This document shows positions 39,672-49,297 of a stretch of DNA of 64,000 bases, piece by piece. A program made the position numbers and the translations under genes. The DNA is from Desulfosudaceae bacterium (lineage in GTDB: Bacteria; Desulfobacterota; Desulfobacteria; Desulfobacterales; Desulfosudaceae), in assembly GCA_963674745.2 (NCBI GenBank), contig CAXXDV010000001.1:1088001-1152000 (forward strand), read 5' to 3'. The stretch's first letter is position 1. Each line of letters opens with the position of its first letter. Under the pieces are notes generated by a model that saw nothing but the letters and a program-made list of their open reading frames with translations, searched no databases and was not told where the DNA came from.

Positions 39672-41528
39672 ATGCATAAACTGCTGGCGGCTTTGGAAGG
39701 AAAAGAGATTCTGATGTTCGGCAACGAGGCCATTACCCGTGGCGCCCTGGAAGCCGGGGTGGGTTTCGCGTCCACTTACCCGGGAACGCCCTCGTCCGAG
39801 ATCTCCTTGAATTTCTTTCAGATTTCCAAACAGATCGATGACTTTTATTTTGAATACAGCACCAATGAAAAGGTCGCCATGGAAGTGGCGGCCGCGGCCG
39901 CCAACTGCGGCGTACGCAGCATGTGCGTCATGAAGCACGTGGGTTTAAATGTAGCGGCCGACACACTCATGACCCTGGCTTATGTGGGCGTTAAAGGCGG
40001 CATGGTGATCGTATCCGCGGATGACCCCTATATGTTTTCCAGCCAGAACGAACAGGATAACCGCTATTACGGCAAGCTGTCCGGTCTGCCGATACTGGAG
40101 CCGTCTTCCGTGGCCGAAGCCAGGGAGATGGCAAGCTATGCCTTTGACCTTTCAGAAGCCCTGAACGAACCGGTGATTCTGCGGACGACCACACGCATTA
40201 ATCACTCCACCGGACCGGTGGTGCCGGGCAAGCTTAAGCCGCGTCTTCCAAAAGGGCGTTTTGAAAAAGACCCGTTTAACTATGTCACGGTACCGGCGGT
40301 ATCGAGAAAACTACATGAAAAACTCCTGGTTCATATGGAAGAGGCCCGAAAACGCTCAAACCAGTCCGCTTACAACATGGTTTCCGGCTCAGGACGTTTT
40401 GGTATTATCTGTAACGGGGTCAGCTACAACTACGTGCGGGACGGCCTGGTTGAACTGGGGGCGGTTGACACGGTGGCCGTCCTCAGGATTGGTTTTTCAA
40501 ACCCCATGCCCGACGAAATCATCAAGGCTTTTCTGAAAGAAAAGGAAAAGGTGCTGATCGTCGAGGAGGGCGAACCGGTTATGGAGGAGGCGGTCAAGGC
40601 CATGGCTGCCGAAGCATGCCTTTGCATGGATATCGCCGGCAAGGGAGAAAACCTGTTTTCCCGTTTATCCGAATTTGATCCCCAGGTGGTCAAACAGTGC
40701 CTGGCCCGGTTTTTCGGTATTTCCTGTCCGCCGGCACAACCGGTTGACATGTCCGATGTACCGGAAATTCCCCAGCGGCCGCCCAACCTGTGTCCGGGTT
40801 GCTCTCACCGGGCCACCTTCTATGCCATAAAACAGGCGGTAAATCCGGATGAAACCATTTTTCCTACGGATATCGGGTGTTACACCCTGGGCTTTCTGCC
40901 GCCGGTATCCATGGGTGATTTTCTGATCTGCATGGGCTCATCCGTGGGGACGGCCTGCGGCTTTTCAAAAGTCTCCAACCAGAAAGTCGTCGCCCTGATC
41001 GGGGATTCCACGTTCTTTCATTCCGGTATTCCGGCCCTGGTCAATGGTGTTTTTAACAACCATAATTTTACCCTGGTTATCCTTGACAACGGCACCACCG
41101 CCATGACCGGGCACCAACCGCACCCCGGTGTGGACATGGATGAGCTGAACTTTCCCGGATATAACCGTGTTTCCATTGAAGCTGTCGTGCGGGGGGTGGG
41201 CGTCGGACATGTAACCGTGATCAAACCCTATAACCTGAAAAAAAGCATTGAAGCCATTAAGGCGGCCGTGGACTATCCCGGCGTATCAGTGGTTATCGCC
41301 CGGGAAGCCTGTGTGCTGAAAGCCAAAAGCTTGAAAAAGAAATCCAACCGGGTGTTTCACATCAGCGACAAGTGTAAAAACCATCGCACCTGCATCAATG
41401 AATTCGCCTGCCCGGCCTTTTATATTGATGAAGACAGCCGGGTTCGTATCAATCCGGTGTTGTGCGAAGGATGCGCGGTCTGTGCCCAGATCTGCCCGGA
41501 ACATGCTATTGTGCCGCTAAAGGAATAA
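39672..41528 (+). CDS. iorA: Indolepyruvate:ferredoxin oxidoreductase alpha subunit
   Basis: GNEAI, YPGTPSSE, NEKVAME, MKHVGLNVA, CPGCSHR, DIGCY, GDSTFFHSG, C-terminal ferredoxin. Confidence 0.95.
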   Translation: MHKLLAALEGKEILMFGNEAITRGALEAGVGFASTYPGTPSSEISLNFFQISKQIDDFYFEYSTNEKVAMEVAAAAANCGVRSMCVMKHVGLNVAADTLMTLAYVGVKGGMVIVSADDPYMFSSQNEQDNRYYGKLSGLPILEPSSVAEAREMASYAFDLSEALNEPVILRTTTRINHSTGPVVPGKLKPRLPKGRFEKDPFNYVTVPAVSRKLHEKLLVHMEEARKRSNQSAYNMVSGSGRFGIICNGVSYNYVRDGLVELGAVDTVAVLRIGFSNPMPDEIIKAFLKEKEKVLIVEEGEPVMEEAVKAMAAEACLCMDIAGKGENLFSRLSEFDPQVVKQCLARFFGISCPPAQPVDMSDVPEIPQRPPNLCPGCSHRATFYAIKQAVNPDETIFPTDIGCYTLGFLPPVSMGDFLICMGSSVGTACGFSKVSNQKVVALIGDSTFFHSGIPALVNGVFNNHNFTLVILDNGTTAMTGHQPHPGVDMDELNFPGYNRVSIEAVVRGVGVGHVTVIKPYNLKKSIEAIKAAVDYPGVSVVIAREACVLKAKSLKKKSNRVFHISDKCKNHRTCINEFACPAFYIDEDSRVRINPVLCEGCAVCAQICPEHAIVPLKE

Positions 41529-41573
41529 AAGAATGCCCGGGCAACGAAAAGAAACCGAAAAGGAACAGGATAA

Positions 41574-42173
41574 ATGATGGATATAAAAAGACTGATCATC
41601 GTGGCCGTGGGCGGGCAGGGCAACCTGCTGGCTTCAAAGGTGCTGGCCGAAGCCGCCATGCTGGCCGATATACCCGTTCGCATGAGTGAAATCCACGGCA
41701 TGGCACAGCGCGGCGGAGTGGTGGAATCTTCGCTGGTCTTTGGTGATGCCAACAGCACCATTATTTCCGATGCCTGTGCCGACGTTCTGCTGGCCTTTGA
41801 ACCGGCCGAAGCCCTGCGGGCCCTGGGCCGGTGCAACAGCCATACCGTGGTGGTTACAAACACCGCGCCCATGCCGCCCTTTACGGCAGCCATCGGCAAA
41901 GGCGTTTATCCCCCGGTAAACCGGATAAAAAAGCTGCTGGCCGAAAAAACCGCCAAACTGGTGGCCACTAACGCCAGCGAACTGGCCGCCGAAGCCGGCA
42001 GCCCGCTATCGGTCAACATGGTCCTGTTGGGCGCACTGATTCAAACCAGTGTGCTGCCCATCACCCCGGATACCGTCAAAGAAGCCATCGCCGCCACGGT
42101 CAAAAAAGCGTTTGTGGACATCAACTTAAAAGCCTTTGACCTGGGCTTTGCCGCGGCCTCAGAGGCGGCCTGA
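41574..42173 (+). CDS. iorB: Indolepyruvate:ferredoxin oxidoreductase beta subunit
   Basis: VGGQG, SEIHGMAQRGG, NMVLLGA, NLKAF. Confidence 0.95.
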   Translation: MMDIKRLIIVAVGGQGNLLASKVLAEAAMLADIPVRMSEIHGMAQRGGVVESSLVFGDANSTIISDACADVLLAFEPAEALRALGRCNSHTVVVTNTAPMPPFTAAIGKGVYPPVNRIKKLLAEKTAKLVATNASELAAEAGSPLSVNMVLLGALIQTSVLPITPDTVKEAIAATVKKAFVDINLKAFDLGFAAASEAA

Positions 42174-42182
42174 AGGCCGCCT
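42163..42182. terminator. GC hairpin at the junction of convergent genes
   Basis: AGGCGGCC-TGAA-GGCCGCCT spanning the iorB stop. Confidence 0.5.
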
Positions 42183-42652
42183 TATTCCCTCAATGCCAAC
42201 GGCGGGGCCAGGATTTCCGACCAGATGACCGCCCGACGGAGGTCCCGGCCTGAAAAGCTGAGATCCGCCAAAGCCAAACCGCCTTCACGCTTTCGTGCTT
42301 CAGGCGCTTCGGCAACAACGTCCTCACGCATTAACTCCTGCCGGATATCATCAATCAGGGCGTCTTCTTCCCGGCTTGGTACAGCCGGTGGTGGCTTTGG
42401 TTTTTGCGCTTTTGGGCTGGCCGGACGGGCTGTTTTCGGGACGGCCACCTGATCCATGGCCACCTGGATTTCATTGCTTACCCGGGACTTCAACGTCTGA
42501 AACAGACCCTCTGCGGGGGCGGTCCGGGCCGTTTTGTCCGACCCGGCCTGACCCCGTTTAATCAGCCGGCTGAAAATCGTGCCGAACACATTGAAAAGAA
42601 TAATAACGGCCACAAAAACAACGGTAATAATAGTATCAATGTTTATATCCAT
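42182..42652 (-). CDS. YqfB-like membrane-anchored protein
   Basis: N-terminal TM, low-complexity linker, C-terminal LRRAVIWSEILAPPLALR; follows floA. Confidence 0.7.
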   Translation of the reverse strand: MDINIDTIITVVFVAVIILFNVFGTIFSRLIKRGQAGSDKTARTAPAEGLFQTLKSRVSNEIQVAMDQVAVPKTARPASPKAQKPKPPPAVPSREEDALIDDIRQELMREDVVAEAPEARKREGGLALADLSFSGRDLRRAVIWSEILAPPLALRE

Positions 42653-42658
42653 GATTGC

Positions 42659-43648
42659 CTACCTGTCTTTTGATGGATCGCCCTTGGTTTCCGGCCCGGT
42701 GGCAATCTTGTCTCTCATATCGGTATCGGCCATGATGTTTTTCATCCGGTAATAATCCATGATGCCCAGGTTACCTTCCCGGAAAGCCTCGGCCATGGCC
42801 AGCGGGATTTCAGCTTCCGCCTCGACCACCTTGGCGCGCATCTCCTGGACCTGGGCCTTCATCTCCTGTTCCCGGGCATAGGCCATGGCCCGCCGCTCTT
42901 CGGCCTTGGCCTGGGCGATTTTTTTGTCCGCCTCGGCCCGGTCGGTTTCCAGTTCGGCGCCGATGTTCTTGCCCACATCCACATCAGCAATATCGATGGA
43001 CAGAATTTCAAAAGCCGTGCCGGAATCAAGCCCCTTTTCCAGCACGCGTTTGGAAATCAGGTCCGGATTTTCCAGCACATGTTTGTGTGACTCGGCCGAA
43101 CCAATGGTCGTAACAATGCCTTCGCCCACCCGGGCCAGAATGGTTTCTTCACCGGCGCCGCCCACCAGCCGGTCGATATTGGCCCTCACGGTTACCCGGG
43201 AAATGGCCTTGAGCTGGATACCGTCCTTGGCCATGGCCGCGATCATTGGTGTTTCGATGACCTTGGGGTTGACGCTCATCTGGACCGCTTCGAGCACGTC
43301 CCGGCCGGCCAGGTCAATGGCCGCGGCACGGTTAAAGGCCAGTTCTATCTTGGCTTTGTCGGCCGCGATCAGGGCCTGAATGACACGGCTGACGTTTCCA
43401 CCGGCGAGGTAGTGGGATTCCAGTTCATCGGTGCTGATGTCCAGACCTGCTTTGGCAGCCATGATTTTTGACTCCACCACCAGTTTGGGCGGCACTTTTC
43501 GAAAACGCATGAAAACGATGTTTAACAACCCGACATGGGCGCCTGACACAAGCGCTTGAATCCAGAGAGAAATAGCAGATCCGACAAAATAAAACAGGAC
43601 AATGGCGGCGATAACCAGAAAAAACAAAACAATATAGCTTAATTGCAT
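42659..43648 (-). CDS. floA: Flotillin-like protein FloA (YqfA)
   Basis: [47 protein letters not shown]. Confidence 0.93.
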   Translation of the reverse strand: MQLSYIVLFFLVIAAIVLFYFVGSAISLWIQALVSGAHVGLLNIVFMRFRKVPPKLVVESKIMAAKAGLDISTDELESHYLAGGNVSRVIQALIAADKAKIELAFNRAAAIDLAGRDVLEAVQMSVNPKVIETPMIAAMAKDGIQLKAISRVTVRANIDRLVGGAGEETILARVGEGIVTTIGSAESHKHVLENPDLISKRVLEKGLDSGTAFEILSIDIADVDVGKNIGAELETDRAEADKKIAQAKAEERRAMAYAREQEMKAQVQEMRAKVVEAEAEIPLAMAEAFREGNLGIMDYYRMKNIMADTDMRDKIATGPETKGDPSKDR

Positions 43649-43703
43649 GGTGTCCTCCTTAACAAAAAGAATGGTTATAATGGTTGGTTTTAATCGTCTT
43701 TAT

Positions 43704-44183
43704 CTATTCTGATACTTCTTCAACAATGATCTGATTGCCGGTGACGGCCGCAACAATGATTTCAGCGCCCTTGTTGATGTATTCACCCCGGCTGACCACG
43801 TCCACGCGTTTATCCTCGATCTCGGCCACACCGGAAGGTCGCAGATCAGACACCGCCACGCCTTTTTTACCCAGAAACCCTTCAAGTTCAGCGGATTGAG
43901 AGGTCACGCCGGAATCACTGGACAGCTCTGTTTTCAGGGCGGCCGGTGACTTGGCCAGCATTTTCAGTCCGAAAAGAACAATGACCGGCAGCGTTACCAC
44001 GTCCGCAATGAGAAACAGATACCCGGTGTTTGCAGAGACTTCCGTAAACACCGCATACAACGAATATCCGATGAGGCCGGCCGCCAGCATGCCCAGCAAG
44101 CCACCGGAAGGAATAATCACCTCGGCGATAAGGACCACCACCGCCAGAAGCTGCAGAAAAACAGCCATCATTATCGGATTCAA
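43704..44183 (-). CDS. Short NfeD-family protein
   Basis: TM helices plus OB-fold DLRPSG...VDVVSRGEYI. Confidence 0.85.
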   Translation of the reverse strand: MNPIMMAVFLQLLAVVVLIAEVIIPSGGLLGMLAAGLIGYSLYAVFTEVSANTGYLFLIADVVTLPVIVLFGLKMLAKSPAALKTELSSDSGVTSQSAELEGFLGKKGVAVSDLRPSGVAEIEDKRVDVVSRGEYINKGAEIIVAAVTGNQIIVEEVSE

Positions 44184-45643
44184 CTGGATGTCTCCTTTTT
44201 TACGATCAGCCGGTTACCGGAAATGGCGGTAATCTCAACCGCCGTGCCTTTTTCCAGATAATCGCCCTGGGTTACCACATCATATGTTTTGCTTTCGATC
44301 TTTACTTTACCGGACGGCCGCAACGGGGTGAAGGCCGTGCCCTTATCACCCACGGCAACCCCGACATTGGCCACAGAGTCGGCATGAAAATCCTGCAGGG
44401 TGGAATCAAGGTAAGGGCCGTGGGAGACAGCCGACATTCTGGGAAACACGTAACGCAACATGATTAACGCCATTATAAAAGAAAGAAGGACAGCGCTCAA
44501 CACCAGGATCAGGTTGAAAACCATCAGGTCCATCTGCCAGGGCATGGACGGGTCGGGCAGCACAAACCCCTGCAGGGACAACACCAGCCCAGCGATGATA
44601 CAGGTTACCCCGGCGATGCCCGCAATCCCGAACCCGGGCAGCACAAACAATTCCAGCCCGATCAGCACAAACCCCAGCACGATGATCAGCAGTTCGGTGT
44701 AATCGGCCAGCCCCACGGTATATTGATGCATGAAAAACAGTGACAGGCAGATGATACCGACCACGCCCGGGGCGCCGAATCCGGGGGCCTTGATTTCCGT
44801 GTAAATAGCGCCCAGGCCGATCAGCATGAGCAGGGGCGCGATGGTACCCAGAAAACGCAGCACCCCTTCGGTCCAGCTCTGTTCCATGCGGATCATTTCA
44901 AAATCGGTGATCCCCATTTTTTTGAGCAGCTCGTCCACGCTGGAAACCGTCATCATCGAAAAACCCAGGTCCCGCGCTTCTTCATCGTGCATGGTCAACA
45001 ACTCACCCTCGGCCACGACGGTTTTTTTTCCGGTGGCCGCCGCTTTTTCTTCGTCGTTCAACTCCTCATAGTCCTTGGCATCCATATAGATGGTCTTACC
45101 GTTCATGACCAGCCGGAGAACGGCCATGTCGGCCGTAACCATGGACTCGGCCAGGACTTCGGAGTAACCGTTTTTTCTGGCCAGCGACCGGAACTTGGCC
45201 CGCAACGGCGACTGGAATTTTTCGCCCAGCATTTCCGGTCCTTCATTGCTGATCATGATCGGCGCACAGTCGCCGATGGTGGTGTTGGGTTTCATGGCCA
45301 GCTTATCACAGGCCAGGGCGATCAGGGCGCCGGCGGAGATGGCCTTCTTGGTCACAAAGGCAATGGTTTCTCCCTTGTCGTCCGTGTCCACGATCAAATC
45401 GACGATCATAAGGGCCGAGTCGACCCGGCCGCCGAAGGTGTCCATTTCAATGATAATGGTCTGATCTTCTCCATCCGGAATATCGGCCAGGGCCCGCCGG
45501 ACAAAAGCCGCCATACCCGGAGAGACATCCCCGGAAATTTTGACGGTATAAACCTTTTCCTTTGCAACCGCCGTCGAAGACAGACTGATCAGAAAACACA
45601 ACAACAGCAGGGCAATGCTTTTTAATGCAAAAACCTGTTTCAT
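44180..45643 (-). CDS. Long NfeD (YqeZ-like) ClpP-class membrane protease
   Basis: DTFGGRVDSA, AISAGALIAL, TIGDCAP, TM region, TPLRPSG OB fold. Confidence 0.9.
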   Translation of the reverse strand: MKQVFALKSIALLLLCFLISLSSTAVAKEKVYTVKISGDVSPGMAAFVRRALADIPDGEDQTIIIEMDTFGGRVDSALMIVDLIVDTDDKGETIAFVTKKAISAGALIALACDKLAMKPNTTIGDCAPIMISNEGPEMLGEKFQSPLRAKFRSLARKNGYSEVLAESMVTADMAVLRLVMNGKTIYMDAKDYEELNDEEKAAATGKKTVVAEGELLTMHDEEARDLGFSMMTVSSVDELLKKMGITDFEMIRMEQSWTEGVLRFLGTIAPLLMLIGLGAIYTEIKAPGFGAPGVVGIICLSLFFMHQYTVGLADYTELLIIVLGFVLIGLELFVLPGFGIAGIAGVTCIIAGLVLSLQGFVLPDPSMPWQMDLMVFNLILVLSAVLLSFIMALIMLRYVFPRMSAVSHGPYLDSTLQDFHADSVANVGVAVGDKGTAFTPLRPSGKVKIESKTYDVVTQGDYLEKGTAVEITAISGNRLIVKKETSS

Positions 45644-45804
45644 GGGCTTGTCGGAAATTTTGGGTTAGAAAAATAAGAGCATAAAAATAATAAGTCATTA
45701 TATTTTAATTTGCAAGTTTCACGTTGATATTCCGGTTGACAGCGCTGCTGTTTATTATGATATTTAATTCTTCAACCGGTAACTTCGGAAGGGGGGAGAG
45801 TACC

Positions 45805-46272
45805 ATGAACAATAATCGCGGATTTACTTTAATAGAACTGATGATTGTTATTGCCATCATCGGTATTCTGGCCGCCATTGCTATTCCGAATTTTATCAGT
45901 TACCGCGACAAGGCCTTTCTGTGTGAAGGCATGGCCCTGTTTGATGATGCCAAGAAAAACATTGTCGATTTTTATGAGCATACCGGCCGGTTTCCTAAAA
46001 ACAATACCGAAGCCGGCCTGCCGCTGCCCGAAAACATAAAAGGTAAATATGTTAAAAGCGTAACCGTCAAAAACGGTGCGGTGGATGTGGAATACGACGA
46101 AGACTCCAGAGCCGCCAAAACATTTAAGGGCACGATCGTCTCTTTTCAACCGGCGGTTCTTAAGGAAAACCCGACCGGTTCGGTTGTCTGGCTTTTGGGC
46201 GTGTTCCATTCAGAAAAAATGCCGGAAACGTTTCTGGTGTATGGAAAAAACAACTCGGATATGAAGTGGTAG
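45805..46272 (+). CDS. pilA: Type IVa pilin, aromatic-rich
   Basis: MNNNRG|FTLIELMIVIAIIGILAAIAIP prepilin site; SD GGGGAG before ATG 45805. Confidence 0.88.
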   Translation: MNNNRGFTLIELMIVIAIIGILAAIAIPNFISYRDKAFLCEGMALFDDAKKNIVDFYEHTGRFPKNNTEAGLPLPENIKGKYVKSVTVKNGAVDVEYDEDSRAAKTFKGTIVSFQPAVLKENPTGSVVWLLGVFHSEKMPETFLVYGKNNSDMKW

Positions 46273-46317
46273 TCTCGTGAAAACGTCCCCTGCGTTCATT
46301 GAAAGGGAACCTTTACC

Positions 46318-46818
46318 ATGTTCAGTATGATAAACAATTCGCTGGAAAGTACGAATTCTTACACCAGACAGATTGAATTGTTTATCGTCATCGCAATCAT
46401 TGGTATTCTGGCCGCACAGGCCGTCAATGCCTATCATCCACTGCTTACCCGTGCTACCCTGCTCCACGCTGTCGGTGGAGGAGAACACCGGTGGGACAAT
46501 GTCTATTACTACGCCTTTCATGGTCAATGGCCCCGGAACAACGAACAGGCGGAAACATTTGGATGGAGCGGCCTTCATGGCCAAGACGGAAATGACTATA
46601 TTAAAAAAACGGTGTTGGAAAACGGTGCCGTTCATAAATATTTCGGACCGAAACTACCCAACCGGATAATCACAATACATCCTGCCGTACCGGCGAACGA
46701 TCCCCTAGGGCCGATTATATGGGTTTGCGGTCAGAAACGGACTCCTGAGGAATGGCAGGTCTTTGGCCAGGATAGAACAAATGTCACGCCTGAACATATT
46801 CACCCCTATTCAAAATAA
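46318..46818 (+). CDS. Pilin-like protein with degenerate prepilin cleavage site
   Basis: NSYTRQIELFIVIAIIGILAA lacks G|F; GQWP, ENGAV, IIWVCG pilin-domain motifs retained. Confidence 0.7.
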   Translation: MFSMINNSLESTNSYTRQIELFIVIAIIGILAAQAVNAYHPLLTRATLLHAVGGGEHRWDNVYYYAFHGQWPRNNEQAETFGWSGLHGQDGNDYIKKTVLENGAVHKYFGPKLPNRIITIHPAVPANDPLGPIIWVCGQKRTPEEWQVFGQDRTNVTPEHIHPYSK

Positions 46819-46844
46819 AACCGTTATCTTGCAGGAGATGTTCC

Positions 46845-47906
46845 ATGACATTTGAGTTATGGCTTTTAAGAAAAAGCTTAGGAAGAAAGGACGAAAATTT
46901 CAGCATGGCCTTTCGTCAGCTCGGCCTGATGATGGGAGCCGGCGTGCCGACACAAGAGGCCTTGGATACAATCATTACGGAAACCGGGGACAAAAGCACT
47001 AAACGCATCCTGACTGCCCTGAAAGACGACCTGTCAACAACAGCTTCCAGAGAAAAAAAGGATCCGGCCAAGAACACTGCATACGACAATCAAGCGCTGG
47101 TCTATATTTTAAAACAGGAGGGCAGCCGCACTAACGCAGCCGAGCTTCTTTACAGCATTGCCGACGAGCTTGAAAAAAGGGCCAAAGTAAAGAGGCAATT
47201 ACTTTCAGCCATGATATATCCCACCATAACAATATCCATAGCCTTGATGCTTTTATTGGTAATCCTTACCTTTGTTGTTCCCGTGTTTGAGCAGATGTAT
47301 CTGGATTTTGGCAAGGATCTGCCGGCCCCGACCCTATTTGTCATTAACATCAGCACACTGGTTCAAGATCATGTTGGCGTAATCATCACCGCTGTTTTGC
47401 TGATTGCGTTATTTGTCGTCAAACAAAAAAAGCTTATCCTCAGCCTAGCGGCCTATCTGCCTGTTTTCGGCGACCCCCTGAAAAGCATTTCTATTCTCCA
47501 GTTTACCAGATACCTGTCTGTTATGTTAAAGTTTGACATTCCGCTTTCCGAAGCCATTTTTTTTGCCGCCACGGCGGTCGACAATATTTTTTTCTCAAAC
47601 AAGACAAAACAAATGGGAAATACTGTTTCTCAGACCGCTCAACTGAAAGCGGCCATGGAAAAAACGCAATTGTTTCCCAGACCAGTTTTACAAGCAGTCG
47701 CGGCCGGTGAAAAAGCCGGAGCCCTTGATACCGTCTTTGCCCAGGTAGCAAAATACTACGAAAAAACAAGCGCTTTTTCTATAAACACGATGGTTTCAGC
47801 AATCGATATATTTATTATCGTCTTTCTGGGAGGAACTATCGGCGGTATGGTCGTCGCCATGTACCTGCCAATATTCAGAATGGCCGGCGCCATATCAGGA
47901 GGATAA
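46845..47906 (+). CDS. PilC/GspF-family platform protein, shortened and divergent
   Basis: FRQLGLMMGAGVP, SAMIYP, VVPVFEQMY...LPAPT, GEKAGAL, AMYLPIF. Confidence 0.82.
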   Translation: MTFELWLLRKSLGRKDENFSMAFRQLGLMMGAGVPTQEALDTIITETGDKSTKRILTALKDDLSTTASREKKDPAKNTAYDNQALVYILKQEGSRTNAAELLYSIADELEKRAKVKRQLLSAMIYPTITISIALMLLLVILTFVVPVFEQMYLDFGKDLPAPTLFVINISTLVQDHVGVIITAVLLIALFVVKQKKLILSLAAYLPVFGDPLKSISILQFTRYLSVMLKFDIPLSEAIFFAATAVDNIFFSNKTKQMGNTVSQTAQLKAAMEKTQLFPRPVLQAVAAGEKAGALDTVFAQVAKYYEKTSAFSINTMVSAIDIFIIVFLGGTIGGMVVAMYLPIFRMAGAISGG

Positions 47907-47919
47907 AAAGGAAATAGCG

Positions 47920-48405
47920 ATGATTAAAACAGACCATAGAGGTTTTACGTTAATTGAATTAATGATCGTCATGGCCATCATCTGGATCCTGGCTACCATG
48001 GCCATGCCCTCTTTTCAGGACCGGATCATCCGCACCCAGATTCAGGAAGCGTTCAACCTGGCTGAGATCGCCCGGGACGGGATTCAAGACTACTACAAGG
48101 CGCACCGGTCTTTCCCCGCTGACAATGCCGCCGCCGGACTTCCCGCGCCGGATAAAATCATCGGCAACTATGTCAAACAGGTGGCCATCAAAAACGGCGT
48201 CATTGACATTACCCTGGGCAACCGGATCAACCGGCACGTGTCCGAAAACATCGTGACCATCCGTCCGGCTGTTGTGAAAGACGCACCGATTGTGCCCATT
48301 GCCTGGATCTACGGCTACGCTTCAGTTCCCGAAGGCATGACCGTGATCGGCGACAACAACAGCACTGTTCTGCCCCGTTTGTTACCGGTAAATTGCAGGT
48401 ATTAG
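47920..48405 (+). CDS. Type IVa pilin
   Basis: MIKTDHRG|FTLIELMIVMAIIWILA; FPADNAAAGLP, GNYV, ends LPVNCRY. Confidence 0.88.
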   Translation: MIKTDHRGFTLIELMIVMAIIWILATMAMPSFQDRIIRTQIQEAFNLAEIARDGIQDYYKAHRSFPADNAAAGLPAPDKIIGNYVKQVAIKNGVIDITLGNRINRHVSENIVTIRPAVVKDAPIVPIAWIYGYASVPEGMTVIGDNNSTVLPRLLPVNCRY

Positions 48406-48422
48406 CGTTTTTCCGGGGCCTC

Positions 48423-48666
48423 TGCCCGTTGCAGCCCAGCCCCGGCTGCGATTGATTTTTCCGGCAGCAGTGGTCAGGCTGTTTGAGCGCCGCCTCCCGG
48501 TGAAAACACCACACCCCAAGAAAGAGTATTGTGTCTGCAACGGGGCTTTAATCGTAATTAACCAGCGAGTTCCTGACCACGCCGGAAAAATCAACCGCAA
48601 CCGGGATCAGCCGGGGTGCCGGGCAATGTTTCTTTTGGTACTTTTCTTTGCGTCAAAGAAAAGTAC
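48423..48666. repeat. ~245-bp multi-stem structured intergenic element
   Basis: 48441-48465 pairs 48581-48605; GTGGTCAGG/CCTGACCAC; TGCCCG/CGGGCA; terminal perfect hairpin GTACTTTTCTTTG-CGT-CAAAGAAAAGTAC. Confidence 0.75.
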
Positions 48667-48673
48667 GGGTATT

Positions 48674-49297
48674 TTATTCGACCCCGAGGATATGTCCGAC
48701 CTGTTTCATGGCGGTCACGTGAAACTCCGCCGACAGGGCGGGATTGTTGTAGGCAATAAAAGGCACTTCGGCGGCACGGGCGGCCATTTCATCAAGTTCC
48801 GAATCGCCCACATAAACCATTTCATCCGGTCCGGCCTCAAAGTATTCCAGAATCTTCAAAAGCTGTTCCGGTGCCGGCTTGGGGCGCATCACGTCCAGGG
48901 CCGTCACCACCATCTCGAAACGATCGGACAGCCCGTGCTCATCCAGCACCCGGTTCATGGTGTTGGAACGGTTGGTGGCAATGGCCGTATGCATCCTGCC
49001 GTCTATTCTGTCCAGGAGTTCATCCAATCCCGGCGCTTTTTTCATGTGCTGGATAAATGGAAAATAGCTTAACTGCCGTCGATGGGCCTGGGCCTGGGCC
49101 AGGCCGTCCGGACCACACAGGAAAAGCAGTGCTTGTTCAACCGTATGCATCTGGACATAGACAAACTGCTTATCGGTTATCTCCGGTTTGCCCAGAGCCG
49201 CCATAATGGCATTGTAGTAGGCGCGATTGGCTGCTTCCGTGTCAAACAGAACACCGTCACAGTCAAACGCGACCACTTTACATGCTGATATTTTCAT
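48674..49297 (-). CDS. HAD-family hydrolase (phosphoglycolate phosphatase-like)
   Basis: FDCDGVLFDT, ATNR, KPAP, VGDSELD; ATG 49297 preferred. Confidence 0.9.
   Translation of the reverse strand: MKISACKVVAFDCDGVLFDTEAANRAYYNAIMAALGKPEITDKQFVYVQMHTVEQALLFLCGPDGLAQAQAHRRQLSYFPFIQHMKKAPGLDELLDRIDGRMHTAIATNRSNTMNRVLDEHGLSDRFEMVVTALDVMRPKPAPEQLLKILEYFEAGPDEMVYVGDSELDEMAARAAEVPFIAYNNPALSAEFHVTAMKQVGHILGVE

Noticed and set aside
48452..49072. 206-aa plus-strand ORF
   Set aside because: Starts inside the structured repeat and is antisense to the HAD gene; no motifs
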